Positions 39,012-49,770 of a stretch of 64,000 nt of DNA are shown in pieces. The notes under the pieces are model-generated. The model searched no databases. It was given only the letters and a program-made list of their open reading frames with translations, and was not told the DNA's origin. Numbering within the stretch: the first letter of the stretch is position 1; the number at the start of each line of letters is the position of its first letter. This DNA comes from a candidate division FCPU426 bacterium (GTDB lineage Bacteria > Oederibacteriota > Muellerivitia > Muellerivitales > Muellerivitaceae), in NCBI GenBank assembly GCA_963796105.1, contig CAWCKJ010000002.1, forward strand, positions 352,001-416,000, written 5' to 3'. The position numbers and the translations under genes are program-made.

Positions 39012-39590
39012 TTGCATAAAGGCCGGTTGGAAGCTTTTAGTGACGGGGTTTTGGCCATCATCATCACCATCATGGTGTTGGAATTGAGGCCGCCACATAG
39101 CGTGGATATAAGCGCCTTGCGGCCCCTGATTCCGAGCCTGATCAGCTACATCCTGAGTTTCACTTTCGTCGGAATCTACTGGAACAACCATCACCACCTG
39201 ATGCAAGCAGTAGAAAGGGTGAACGGCAAGATCCTCCTGGCCAACCTCCATCTGCTTTTTTGGCTTTCCCTGACGCCTTTTGTCACGGCCTGGATGGGGG
39301 AGAATGGGTTCGGCTCCTGGCCTGTTGCCCTTTACGGAGTGGTCCTGCTCTTTTCCGCGGTGGCCTATACCATCCTGGTGAAGTCCCTTATTTCTCATCA
39401 TGGGAAGGACTCGCTCCTGGCCAGGGCGATCGGAAACGACTTCAAGGGTTATCTCTCCCTGGGTTTGTACGCCTCGGCGATTCCCGTCGCCTTCTTTTAC
39501 CCCTGGGTTTCCTATGGAATGTATTTCTTGGTGGCGGTGATATGGTTGTTGCCGGATCGAAGAATCGAGAAAATTCTGGCCGTTAAGTAA
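39012..39590 (+). CDS. TMEM175-family potassium channel
   Basis: RLEAFSDGVLAIIITIMVLEL, YILSF..VGIYWNNHH; TTG start. Confidence 0.92.
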   Translation: MHKGRLEAFSDGVLAIIITIMVLELRPPHSVDISALRPLIPSLISYILSFTFVGIYWNNHHHLMQAVERVNGKILLANLHLLFWLSLTPFVTAWMGENGFGSWPVALYGVVLLFSAVAYTILVKSLISHHGKDSLLARAIGNDFKGYLSLGLYASAIPVAFFYPWVSYGMYFLVAVIWLLPDRRIEKILAVK

Positions 39591-39768
39591 AAAGATCTTT
39601 TTGAAATTTTCATCCGATAGTTTTGGAAATTAGTAGTTCCTTCAGGTAACTAGTATGATTTATTTACACAAATCTAACATGAAATCTTCCTGCATGGCCT
39701 TGAAACATTTTTCGTAAGGGGGGAGAATCTAGCGGTCATATAAACCGGACAATCAGGGGAGGCGGGAT

Positions 39769-41076
39769 ATGCGGAGATTTTTTAATTTCAAAATAAACGG
39801 GAAGCACGTTTACCTTTGGGTTTGTTATTTATTCTTAGGTCTCTTATCCGCAATGATCGGCGCCTGCAGTAATTCCAATAACCCTTCCTCGCCGAATAAC
39901 GGTCCCACAAGTACTCCCACGAATTCACCGACCATCACCGACACGCCAACCATCACCAATTCGCCGACTATCACATCCACGCCAACTTTTACCAACACCC
40001 ATACGCTCACCTTGACTCCGACAATTACTAACACCCCCACTGATACCTACACCCCGACCGAAACTTATACCCCTTCCAACACCTTCACCATCACGGACAC
40101 CCCGACCATTACCAATACCCCTACCATCACCCCGACTTTTACCATCACGAATACGCCAACCATTACCAATTCACCTACTAATACTTTATCCCCGACTAAC
40201 ACGGTTCCGGAGACTTCCACTTACACTCCGTCACCTTCCAATACACCTACCAACACCCCGATCGTGCCGACCAGCACCTCCACGCTTTGCCCCACGCAAA
40301 CCCTCACGAATACCCCGGGATCCACCACTAATACCATTTCGGGAAGCGTGACCTATACGGGAGGGTCCACGGTGAACAGCTCCCACACGATAGGGATCGC
40401 TTGTTTCAATCCCGGCGGCAATGGAAGCGGGAGTAATTATGTTCAGTTTTTAACCAGCTCAAAGGGAAATTATGAATTCTATGGATTATCAGCTGGGGCA
40501 ACCTACCTTCTCGTCAGCTGGTATAACTCATCAGGCGACGGTAATAAAAACCCTCAACCCCATGCTGGGGATTACGCTTATTCATACAATGTGTCTTCCT
40601 GCGATGTTTCCACTTGGGATTTCATCGTGCTTCCCGCCGGAAACAATACCGGGTACAACATGACCTTTGGAAACACATACTTAGTTTCCGCCTATGGGGG
40701 AACGGTCACCTATTCCGGGTCCTTGGGCCGCGTTGACGGCTGTCACAACCTCTATATAGAGCTTTATCCCTCAGGGACCAGCCTTTACGGCGCCTCCAAC
40801 AGCGTCACTTCCTGCAGTAGCAATTGCAACAACAACCAAGTGTCCTACAACGCCAATGGAGTTACTTTTAGCACAGTTCCATTCAGCCAGACCGTCAATC
40901 TCTGCAATACGCAGACAATGGATATCCTTTTCTATTATCAAAATCCAAACAGCGGCGGCGGGAGCGGAGGAGGTATTCAAACTGGCGATCCCTATGTTTA
41001 CCTGACAAACGTGAATACCAGCACAAGCGCCACGTCTGTCGGCGCGGTCAACATTACGGATACTAATACCTATTAA
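39769..41076 (+). CDS. Lipoprotein with long Thr/Pro linker and Cys-containing beta-rich C-terminal domains
   Basis: GGAGG RBS, lipobox-like IGAC, (T-x-T-P) repeats ~aa 47-185. Confidence 0.8.
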   Translation: MRRFFNFKINGKHVYLWVCYLFLGLLSAMIGACSNSNNPSSPNNGPTSTPTNSPTITDTPTITNSPTITSTPTFTNTHTLTLTPTITNTPTDTYTPTETYTPSNTFTITDTPTITNTPTITPTFTITNTPTITNSPTNTLSPTNTVPETSTYTPSPSNTPTNTPIVPTSTSTLCPTQTLTNTPGSTTNTISGSVTYTGGSTVNSSHTIGIACFNPGGNGSGSNYVQFLTSSKGNYEFYGLSAGATYLLVSWYNSSGDGNKNPQPHAGDYAYSYNVSSCDVSTWDFIVLPAGNNTGYNMTFGNTYLVSAYGGTVTYSGSLGRVDGCHNLYIELYPSGTSLYGASNSVTSCSSNCNNNQVSYNANGVTFSTVPFSQTVNLCNTQTMDILFYYQNPNSGGGSGGGIQTGDPYVYLTNVNTSTSATSVGAVNITDTNTY

Positions 41077-41200
41077 AAAAATGCGTTCATAAGAGACGAA
41101 ATCGAGCGACGCAATCTTTATTTTCAGATGCGGCCATGCCCTTATCTGTGTTCACCCTCATTCGATTGGTCCCATCCCATTAGAAACATCGAGAGATTAA

Positions 41201-41401
41201 ATGAAATTAACCGTTAACGGCGAAGACCGGGAATTCCCAGGAGAAATGATGCTGGGTGAAGTTATGAGCCGATTGGAGATCAAAAAGGAGATGGTAGCGG
41301 CGGCGGTCAACCGGCAAGTCATCCATTCCAATGAAGTACCGAATTTCAAGCTGGAAGATGGCGACCATGTTGAGTTGATCCAAATTGTCGGCGGCGGATG
41401 A
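41201..41401 (+). CDS. thiS: Sulfur carrier ThiS
   Basis: 66 aa, MKLTVNG...LEDGDHVELIQIVGGG with C-terminal GG. Confidence 0.92.
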   Translation: MKLTVNGEDREFPGEMMLGEVMSRLEIKKEMVAAAVNRQVIHSNEVPNFKLEDGDHVELIQIVGGG

Positions 41402-41455
41402 ACCATTTGGTGCGAATCTGATTAGGTTTATAAATCTTAAAATGAGGAATAAACC

Positions 41456-42241
41456 ATGAGCGGCAATGAAGGAATGGATTGCTGGCAAATCAACGGCAAG
41501 GAATTCACCTCGAGGCTTTTAATAGGAACCGGTAAATACTCAAGCCATGAGTTGATGGCTCAATGCCTGGAGGCGTCGGGGGCCCAAATCATAACGGTGG
41601 CTTTAAGAAGGATTCCCCTCGACAAGAAGAAGGAAGAGAAAAACCTGCTCGATTTCATCGACCTGAAAAAATACACCCTACTTCCCAACACGGCAGGCTG
41701 TTACAGCGTTGAGGAAGCGGTGCATGTGGCCCACCTCTCCCGGGCCGCCGGTATTTCTGATTTCGTCAAACTGGAGGTGTTATTTGACGAGGCGACCCTT
41801 CTTCCGGACCCCCTCGCCACCCTGGAGGCCACCCGGATCCTTGTCAAAGAGGGTTTTACCGTAATGACATACACCTCGGACGACCCAGTCATGGCCCAAA
41901 AACTGGAACAGGCCGGGGCTCACGCAGTGATGCCGGCTGGCTCTCCCATCGGCTCGGGACAAGGCGTATTGAACCCCAACAACATCCGGATCATTTTAGA
42001 GAAATTGAGGTGTCCTGTCCTGATTGACGCAGGCGTGGGCTGCGCCTCGGACGTGGCGGGGGCCATGGAGCTTGGTGTCGTCGCGATATTGCTGAACACC
42101 GGCATCGCCCACGCGAAGGATCCCTTGAAGATGGCCCGAGCCATGAAAGCCGCATGTGAGGCCGGACGTTTATCCCACCTCGCGGGGCGCATTCCCAAAA
42201 AGCTTTACGCTCAAGCTTCCACCCCCGCCAAAGATTTTTAA
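41456..42241 (+). CDS. thiG: Thiazole synthase
   Basis: [42 protein letters not shown]. Confidence 0.96.
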   Translation: MSGNEGMDCWQINGKEFTSRLLIGTGKYSSHELMAQCLEASGAQIITVALRRIPLDKKKEEKNLLDFIDLKKYTLLPNTAGCYSVEEAVHVAHLSRAAGISDFVKLEVLFDEATLLPDPLATLEATRILVKEGFTVMTYTSDDPVMAQKLEQAGAHAVMPAGSPIGSGQGVLNPNNIRIILEKLRCPVLIDAGVGCASDVAGAMELGVVAILLNTGIAHAKDPLKMARAMKAACEAGRLSHLAGRIPKKLYAQASTPAKDF

Positions 42242-42313
42242 ACCTGCCTTACAGAAGCCGGAGGTTTACGTTCCGGCCACCGCCATCATTGAAATTCTAA
42301 TGTTGGAGACGCC

Positions 42314-43462
42314 ATGCAAAAAATGAAAGTGATCGTGGTCGGAGGGGGCCTTATCGGTCTCTCCATTGCCTGGCACCTTAAAAAACGCGGGGCGAATCCT
42401 ATCCTGCTGGATCGTCAAGCGCCAGCGAGGGAAGCCTCTATCGCCGGTGCGGGGATGCTGCCGCTCCACAGTGTCGCCTTTGATTCGCCGGCGCTCTTTG
42501 AATTGAGCCGCCTTTCCTACCGCCTCTATCCTTCCTGGGTGAAGGAGATGAAACGCGCTTCCGGACTGGACCCGGAGTGGGAGGCATCCGGCTCGATGGG
42601 CCTTTTATTCTCAAAAACCGAGGAAATGAACGCACGCGAGATCACGAAACGCCTGGTGGAGCTGGGCTTGGAAGTCCGGTGGCTGGGCGGGAGGGAAGCG
42701 CGGCGCGAGGAACCCGCCTTGCCGAAAGACATTCGAAAAGTCCTTCACCTGCCGGATACCGCCCAGATTCGTCCTTCCGCCATGTGCGAGATGACGGTGG
42801 AAGCGGTACGCAGATCGGGTGTGGCCATTCATTCCAACGACCCGGTTTTGTCACTGTTGACTCGTGCGGGAAAGGTAAGGGGAGTCAAAACTTCCCGCCG
42901 GACCATCGAGGCGGAGGCCATTGTGCTGGCGGCAGGGGCCTGGGCTCCGGAACTGCTGGATCCTCTGGGGATTGATTTGCCGGTTTACCCGATCAGGGGG
43001 CAGGTTCTCTTGCTTCAAGGACCCCCTTCCGGGATCAATCACATCCTCTTCGGGGCTGGTTTTTACCTGGTGCCCCGGAAAGGGGGAGAGCTGTACGTCG
43101 GAAGTACCATGGAAAAGGCGGGTTTTGAGCGGGCCGTAACGCCGGAAGGAATAGCGGCCTTGGCGGGCGCGGCCAAGCTCATGGCCCCGGCTTTGCCGCT
43201 GAGGGTGAGTGGTTATTTATCCGGTTTTCGCCCTGGGTCGGCGGACGGCCATCCTTTCCTTGGAAATGTGCCTGGTTTTGACGGGCTCTATGTCTCAGCC
43301 GGACACCATACTCACGGGCATTTACTAGCTCCCGCCAGTGGGCACCTGATGGCGCAATTAATAATGGATGGGAAAACAGATATGGATCTTGCGCCTTTCG
43401 CGATAGGCAGAAAACCCCATAAGCTTCAGAAACCCTGGTGGATTAAACTGGCGCAGAATTGA
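42314..43462 (+). CDS. thiO: Glycine oxidase ThiO (DAO family)
   Basis: VVGGGLIG, ASIAGAGML, PIRGQ, YLVPR, GFRP, GHLLAP; follows thiG. Confidence 0.85.
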   Translation: MQKMKVIVVGGGLIGLSIAWHLKKRGANPILLDRQAPAREASIAGAGMLPLHSVAFDSPALFELSRLSYRLYPSWVKEMKRASGLDPEWEASGSMGLLFSKTEEMNAREITKRLVELGLEVRWLGGREARREEPALPKDIRKVLHLPDTAQIRPSAMCEMTVEAVRRSGVAIHSNDPVLSLLTRAGKVRGVKTSRRTIEAEAIVLAAGAWAPELLDPLGIDLPVYPIRGQVLLLQGPPSGINHILFGAGFYLVPRKGGELYVGSTMEKAGFERAVTPEGIAALAGAAKLMAPALPLRVSGYLSGFRPGSADGHPFLGNVPGFDGLYVSAGHHTHGHLLAPASGHLMAQLIMDGKTDMDLAPFAIGRKPHKLQKPWWIKLAQN

Positions 43463-43504
43463 AAAGAGATTTTCGGAGAGAACGGGACGGGTGGTATTGC
43501 GGAC

Positions 43505-44662
43505 TCAATACTTGGGGACAGAGGGATCGACCTGGTTGGACCATTCCAGAATGCCTCCGGTTAAGTTCACCAACCGTTCATATCCGCTCCCCCGCAGGAA
43601 TCGGATGGCCTTTCGGCTTCGAACCCCGCTTTTACAATAAACCACGATGTCCTTTCCCTTGAAATCCTTCAACTCTCCCAGCCGGTTTGGCAATTGGGAC
43701 AGGGGGAATAGTATTGAGCCTTTGATGCGGGCGATTTCGGATTCGTTGGGTTCGCGTACGTCCAGCAAGACGAAATCCCGATTTTCTTCCATCATGGTTT
43801 TAAGCTTACGGGGCGTGATTTCGTCCCTACCCGGCGATAACCCCTGGTCCCGGTTGTCCCCCGCCTTGATCCCGCAGAACCGCTCGTAATCGATCAATTG
43901 CTTAACAGTTGGATTTGTTCCACAGACCGGGCAGGAAGGGTCCTTGCTGAGGTTCAACTCCCGGAAATCCATCCTCAACGCATGGTAAACCAAAAGTTTT
44001 CCAACCGCGGGTATTCCAATGCCGGTGATTAATTTCACGGCTTCCAGGGCCTGCAGGGAGCCGATGATGCCGGCCATGGCTCCAATGACACCCCCTTCGG
44101 CGCAGGATGGAACCGCTTCCGGCGGTGGCGGCTCGGGATAAAGACAGCGGTAACAGGGGCCCTCGGGCGTCTTGAATACCGATACTTGTCCCTCGAATTG
44201 GAATAGGGAACCGTAAATGTTCGGCTTTCCCTGGAAGAATGCCGCGTCGTTGGTCAAGTACCGGGTGGGGAAATTGTCCGTCGCATCGATGATGAGATCG
44301 TACGGCTCCAGAATGGACAGGACGTTGCCGCTCTTGAGGGCCACAGGATATGTGTCAATCCTCACCCCAGGATTCAAGGACTTCAACCTTTCGGCTGCGG
44401 CTTCGACTTTTAGCATTCCCACGTCCACGGAGGTGAAAAGGATTTGACGCTGGAGATTCGAGGAATCCACCTTGTCAAAATCCACCAGCCCGATCCGGCC
44501 CACGCCCGCGGCGGCAAGGTAAAGGGCTACCGGGCAGCCCAGACCACCCACCCCCACAACCAAGACCTTGGCCCCGATGAGTTTTTGCTGGCCAGCCAGG
44601 CCAATTCCTGGCAGGAGTATATGGCGGGAATAGCGTTTAATTTGTTCCTGGTTTAAATGCAT
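43505..44662 (-). CDS. moeB: MoeB/ThiF adenylyltransferase with C-terminal rhodanese (MoeZ type)
   Basis: RYSRHILL, GVGGLG, SNLQRQ, PCYRC, CPVC, YCKSGVRS. Confidence 0.93.
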   Translation of the reverse strand: MHLNQEQIKRYSRHILLPGIGLAGQQKLIGAKVLVVGVGGLGCPVALYLAAAGVGRIGLVDFDKVDSSNLQRQILFTSVDVGMLKVEAAAERLKSLNPGVRIDTYPVALKSGNVLSILEPYDLIIDATDNFPTRYLTNDAAFFQGKPNIYGSLFQFEGQVSVFKTPEGPCYRCLYPEPPPPEAVPSCAEGGVIGAMAGIIGSLQALEAVKLITGIGIPAVGKLLVYHALRMDFRELNLSKDPSCPVCGTNPTVKQLIDYERFCGIKAGDNRDQGLSPGRDEITPRKLKTMMEENRDFVLLDVREPNESEIARIKGSILFPLSQLPNRLGELKDFKGKDIVVYCKSGVRSRKAIRFLRGSGYERLVNLTGGILEWSNQVDPSVPKY

Positions 44663-44991
44663 TTATCTTTTCGTGTAAAAATTGGAAAACGGAGAGTCGA
44701 ACTCTAAAAAGTATGATCATCATAGGAATTGGCAATCGTGGAAAGCAACCCTACCGGTTTGAACTTAGGAAGGGGTCGGGAACATTCTTTGAGGTTAAAA
44801 CCGAAAGTTCGAGAATTTCAGTATTGGATATTAAGCATGAAGGTTTCATTCATGGAGAAGCGGTGCCCAGTTGTATTAATCGCAGGTAAAATCGTAATTT
44901 CCCATAAGAAATAGAGCCTTTTGATGATTTGCCAGCTTTGTAATATGGGTTTGATTGCGATATTATCTTTACCATATAAGAAAGGAAAGTC

Positions 44992-45285
44992 TTGAACCTG
45001 AGAAATTTCAAATTTCACCCAAAATCCTCTGACCATCTTTCCAACCGTGTTTGGTTGGTATTTTATTTTCTTTTATCGTCATTCATAATTAATACCGGGG
45101 CGAATGCCCAAACCGCTAATGGCTCCAATCCCGTTGTAACCATTTTAAATTCCAGCCTTAGCAGTCCGACCGAACCGGTCACGGTTGTCATCAATTATTG
45201 CCCCACGGCTTACACCGATACTTACATGGCCATGGTGGTCAATAACACCGCGACTGAACAGAGTGTTAGACTCGTAAAATTCTAA
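44992..45285 (+). pseudogene. Possible truncated secreted protein (signal peptide plus start of a beta domain)
   Basis: Hydrophobic stretch ending in ANA-QT, beta-like sequence, early stop. Confidence 0.35.
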
Positions 45286-45382
45286 TCTTTCCAAGATAGC
45301 TGTTTGAGGATTGACTAACCACGAGGGATGTTCATACCAAATGCGGACCCGGGCCAAAAAACAAACGTTGTCAAGAAAAGGG

Positions 45383-46318
45383 ATGTGGAAAACATATTGG
45401 GTTTCCGCCATCCTTCTGATGGCGGGTGTTTCCGGCGTCCAAGCCCAGTACAACGTCGGGGACCCCGTGACTTTTTACGTCACCTATGGAAACCCGGCCG
45501 GAAGCATCACTTGGGGCCAGACTAAAATCGTGGACACCCTGCCCGCTGACTTGACTTATGTTTCCTGTTCGGGCGCCCCATGCTCGCTGGTCTCGGGAAT
45601 GGTGGTCTGGAATTTGGGGAATGTGCCGTCGCCTAGTTCCGGGGTGGTCACGGTTGTTTCCTATGTCAGCTATTGCTCGGTCAACTCGTTCACGGACCAG
45701 GCGGCCATCGTCATCGGCTCACCCGCAACGGTGATCCAGACGAACGCCATCACCTATACGGTGAACTGCTTGACCGATACCCCGACCTCGACCCCGACGG
45801 ACACACCTACCCGAACCGATACTCCGACCCCCACCCCGACATTCACATTCACATATACCCCCACGCTCACCCCTACGGGAACGCCTACCTTCACCCCGAC
45901 CGTGACATGGACTCCCACGAATACTTTTACCCCGACTGAAACTTGGACCCCCACTGTTACCTTCACCCCGACTCAAACCAACACTCCCACTAATACTTTC
46001 ACGCCTACAAATACCTTCACCATTACCCCGACATTCACCCCTACCTGCGCCGCTCATGTCTGGCCGGATCCCTTCAATCCCAAAACAGCGGTAGGGGGAG
46101 TGATGAAGGTCAACTGCGTTCCCCCTGGCTCGGTGGTTTCCTTTTACACGGTTTCAGGGGAACTGGTGAATACATCCCGAGGAAATGGGGACGTGGCCGT
46201 TTGGGATGGGCGCAACCAATACGGAAGCTGGGCGTCTTCGGGGATTTACTATTACTTAATCGATACCGGCGGAAAGGCTTGGGCCGCCGGCAAGTTCATA
46301 TTAATCAGGGGGGATTAA
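45383..46318 (+). CDS. Secreted DUF11-like Ig domain, Thr/Pro linker, FlgD/CTD-like C-terminal domain
   Basis: Signal peptide (VQA), [12 protein letters not shown]...[11 protein letters not shown]...VWNLGN, TPT repeats, WPDPF...WDGRN...SGIYYY; start may be 45341. Confidence 0.8.
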   Translation: MWKTYWVSAILLMAGVSGVQAQYNVGDPVTFYVTYGNPAGSITWGQTKIVDTLPADLTYVSCSGAPCSLVSGMVVWNLGNVPSPSSGVVTVVSYVSYCSVNSFTDQAAIVIGSPATVIQTNAITYTVNCLTDTPTSTPTDTPTRTDTPTPTPTFTFTYTPTLTPTGTPTFTPTVTWTPTNTFTPTETWTPTVTFTPTQTNTPTNTFTPTNTFTITPTFTPTCAAHVWPDPFNPKTAVGGVMKVNCVPPGSVVSFYTVSGELVNTSRGNGDVAVWDGRNQYGSWASSGIYYYLIDTGGKAWAAGKFILIRGD

Positions 46319-46534
46319 AAACTGGTTTTGGGTCAAAAGGACTTCGTATTATCCGTGATTTTCAATGATGGCTTAGAACAAGAAGTAGGAAAGGACGATC
46401 AGGACCCCGCCCCAAACCATCATGCTGACATTCTGGGTTTTCTTTCCCCGGTAAAGCATGTACATGCCGATCGTTCCCATGACGAAGCTTCCGAGTATTT
46501 TAAACATCGACATAATTATTCCTCGATTGCGATG

Positions 46535-48361
46535 TTATTTCTTGCTGGAGTCCGATGTCAAATCGATGAAATCCATGATGCCCTCAAAGACTTTCCGGGC
46601 GATGGGAGCCGCCACGTCCTTGCCGGTCCCGCCGTTCTCGGCCAGGATGGCCATGGCGATCTTCGGGTTCTCCACGGGAGCGAAACAGATGAACCAGGCG
46701 TGGAAATTGGGGTCGCGGCTTCCGGAGGTCCCGGTTTTTCCTGCGATCTTGATGCCCTTGACTCGCGCCTTGACCCCGATGCCCCTCTCCACGTCGTTGT
46801 ACATCATGGTGGTGAGGAATTGCGCGGTCTGGCGGGTGATGGTGTTCTTGTAAAGTGAAGGCTTTCCTTCCTCCAAGACCTTTCCGTTGATATTGGTCAA
46901 TTTATCCACAAGGTAGGGAGACATCATCACTCCATCGTCGGCGATGGCGGAGGCTATGAGGGCGGCGTTGAAGGGTGTGATACGGAATGCTTTTCCTAAT
47001 CCCGTGGCTGTTTCTGCCAGTTCATAGCGGGTCAAGCCCAGCTTGGGGGAGGTGCTCGTGGCCATGGGAAGGTTGATGGTCTTGGGGACGGAGTTGAAAC
47101 CAAAGCGGTTGTTGAACTCGAAAAGCGCGTCCTCGCCCAGCTCGGCCCCCAACTTCGCATAGGACATGTTGCAGGAGGCGTCAAAGGCTTCCTCCAGGCT
47201 CTTCACGGTCTTGTGCTTGTGCCAGTCGTAGAATATCTGGCCATCAATGTATGTGAAACCCTTGCAGTAAAGGGGGAAGACCTTGTTGAGGTCGATGTTT
47301 TTTTCCAAGGCTGCGGCCGAGCTGATGATCTTGACGATGGAGCCTGGTTCGTACAGGCTCTCGAAAGCGCGGTTTTTCAAGGGATAGTTCTTGTTATCAA
47401 TGTACTGCCACCACTCGTCGTGGACCTTCTCGGGCGTAAAGGTTGGCTGGGAGATACATCCGAGAATCTCGCCAGTCTTGGGGTTCAATACCACGATAGC
47501 GCCTTTTTGCCAGCCCATCGCCTTGGAAAGAATCCTTTGGATCCTGCTGTCCAAGGTCAGGTAAAGCTTGTTGCCGGGGAAATAATCGTGATAAAGCTTC
47601 TCCAGGCCCGAGCTCCCGCGGTTGTTCACGGTTTGGTTGTCCCGATAACCGATTAAATGGGCGAATTCCTTCCCAAAGGGATAACCGCTCTCGTTGTTCT
47701 TCGTCCATTGAAGCGCCAGGGGCACCCCGTTGCGGTCGAAGATGTAATAGATGTTGCCCCGGTCCTTTTCCTCCCGGGCCTGCTCCAGCAAAGCCTGCAT
47801 TTTCTTGTTCTTGGGATCGTAAACGAGGGCCTGCTCGTAATATTTCTCGCCCTTCGTCACCTGGCCCAACGCGCGCTCGGTGGTCCCGAGTGCGATGAAA
47901 ACATCCGGATTGTCCTTTTGAAGCTCCAAGGCATGCTGAAGCTCCACTTCCGCCAGGTTGTACTTGCCCTCATCGATGAAATACTGGCCAGTTTTCAAGT
48001 GGTTGAAGCGGCGGCTGTAGGTCAGGCCTTGCTTCAGGGCCTGGTCGTAAAGGTCCCTGGCCTTGTCGAGGTTGCCGGCCTTGATTTCCACCAGCCCTAG
48101 GCCGTCGATGGCCTTGGCGTTGCCGGGATTGCGGCTCAAGACCTTGTTGAACTCCATCCGGGCCAGTTCCAGGTTGCCGTTGCGCCAGTATTTAATTCCT
48201 TTCAGGAAGTTGTACTGGTTCATGAGGACGGTTTTGGAGGTCACGATTCCGGCGAAGACGAGAAGGAAAAAAATTACCGTCCTGAAAGAGGGAAGCTTGG
48301 ACCGGCGTTTCCGGGACATGGACATGGAACCATAGCGTTGAAAAGGGTCGATCAGGGCCAT
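46535..48361 (-). CDS. Penicillin-binding transpeptidase with N-terminal TM and TPR repeats
   Basis: EPGSIVK (SxxK), SCN (SxN), KTGT; TPR helices ~aa 50-200; AAGGAG RBS before ATG 48361. Confidence 0.88.
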   Translation of the reverse strand: MALIDPFQRYGSMSMSRKRRSKLPSFRTVIFFLLVFAGIVTSKTVLMNQYNFLKGIKYWRNGNLELARMEFNKVLSRNPGNAKAIDGLGLVEIKAGNLDKARDLYDQALKQGLTYSRRFNHLKTGQYFIDEGKYNLAEVELQHALELQKDNPDVFIALGTTERALGQVTKGEKYYEQALVYDPKNKKMQALLEQAREEKDRGNIYYIFDRNGVPLALQWTKNNESGYPFGKEFAHLIGYRDNQTVNNRGSSGLEKLYHDYFPGNKLYLTLDSRIQRILSKAMGWQKGAIVVLNPKTGEILGCISQPTFTPEKVHDEWWQYIDNKNYPLKNRAFESLYEPGSIVKIISSAAALEKNIDLNKVFPLYCKGFTYIDGQIFYDWHKHKTVKSLEEAFDASCNMSYAKLGAELGEDALFEFNNRFGFNSVPKTINLPMATSTSPKLGLTRYELAETATGLGKAFRITPFNAALIASAIADDGVMMSPYLVDKLTNINGKVLEEGKPSLYKNTITRQTAQFLTTMMYNDVERGIGVKARVKGIKIAGKTGTSGSRDPNFHAWFICFAPVENPKIAMAILAENGGTGKDVAAPIARKVFEGIMDFIDLTSDSSKK

Positions 48362-48534
48362 GAAATTACTCTCCTTAGGGAATCCAGCCATTTTAGTGGG
48401 ATTGAAAAAGGAATAAAGGGAAAAAAGGAATCCGCCGAAATAGGGGTTCGAATCAGTTGCCGGAAGGACCGGGAGAACGTTAAGATAACCCGCGATTAAG
48501 ACGAATGCCCGTGATATCGGCTTCAAGGAAGGTT

Positions 48535-49770
48535 ATGGCTCCCCTAGAAATTTCCATCCTGGCCCTGATTTTAATCCTGCTGATCCTGGTGGTATTCCTC
48601 CAGTTGCGCCATTCCAAGAACCAGTCGCCGAACTCTTTGGACGGGCTCCTCTCCCAGTTGGGCCAAAACCTTGACCGGCTGGAGAAAATCCTGAGGGAGG
48701 AAATGGCCCGCAACCGGGAGGAAGCCGGCGCGAACGAGCGCTTGTCCCGCGAGGAGATGAACCACCAGCTCCTCGGGTTGATCCAGGCCAACGACCAAAG
48801 GCTGGAGCGAATGAGGGAAACCATCGAGAGCCGCTTAAAAGTCCTACAGGAGGACAACGGCCGGAGGCTGGAGGAGATGCGCTCGGTGGTGGATGAGAAG
48901 CTGCAATCCACCCTGGAGAAAAGGCTGAGCGAGTCCTTCAAGCAGGTGAGCGAACGCTTGGAGCAGGTTCATAAGGGCCTCGGGGAGATGCAGTCCCTGG
49001 CCTCCAGCGTCGGCGACTTGAAGAAGGTCCTGTCCAACGTGAAAACCCGCGGTACCTGGGGCGAGGTCCAACTGGGGAACCTTTTGGAGCAGGTGCTGAC
49101 CGCCGAGCAGTACGGAAAAAACATTTGCACAAAGAAGGGAAGCGAGGACCGGGTGGAATACGCCATTAGGCTTCCAGGACGGGAAAAGGGGGAGGAAATC
49201 TGGCTTCCCGTGGACGCGAAATTCCCCCAGGAGGATTACCAGAGGCTGGTGGAAGCCTACGATCAGGGGAATGCGGCGCTCGCGGAGGAAGCCTCGAAAA
49301 GCCTGGAAAACCGGATCAAGTCGGAAGCCAAGAACATCCGGGATAAATACCTTGATCCCCCCAACACCACGGATTTCGGCATCCTGTTCCTTCCCACCGA
49401 AGGCCTCTACGCGGAGGTTGTCCGCAGGACGGGCCTTCTGGACCTTCTTCAGAGGGAATACCGTGTGGTGCCAAGCGGACCCACTACCTTCGCGGCGCTC
49501 CTGAACAGCCTCCAGATCGGTTTCAAGACCCTGGCCATCGAGAAACGATCCAGCGAGGTTTGGAGCCTCCTCGGGACGGTGAAACAGGAATTCGGTAAAT
49601 TTTCTGATCTTCTTGAAAAAACCCACAAGAAGCTCCTGGAAGCCAGCCATACCATCGAGGATGCGGCGAAAAAAACCAGGACCATCGAGAGGAAACTCAA
49701 GAACGTCGAGGGTCTTCAGCCGGGGGAACAACAAGAAGCGCTTGACTCGGAAACGGACGAGGAGCCGTGA
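48535..49770 (+). CDS. rmuC: DNA recombination protein RmuC
   Basis: N-terminal TM plus coiled coil, NVKTRGTWGEVQL, LPVDAKFP, KYLDPPNTTDF.ILFLPTEGLYAE. Confidence 0.95.
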   Translation: MAPLEISILALILILLILVVFLQLRHSKNQSPNSLDGLLSQLGQNLDRLEKILREEMARNREEAGANERLSREEMNHQLLGLIQANDQRLERMRETIESRLKVLQEDNGRRLEEMRSVVDEKLQSTLEKRLSESFKQVSERLEQVHKGLGEMQSLASSVGDLKKVLSNVKTRGTWGEVQLGNLLEQVLTAEQYGKNICTKKGSEDRVEYAIRLPGREKGEEIWLPVDAKFPQEDYQRLVEAYDQGNAALAEEASKSLENRIKSEAKNIRDKYLDPPNTTDFGILFLPTEGLYAEVVRRTGLLDLLQREYRVVPSGPTTFAALLNSLQIGFKTLAIEKRSSEVWSLLGTVKQEFGKFSDLLEKTHKKLLEASHTIEDAAKKTRTIERKLKNVEGLQPGEQQEALDSETDEEP

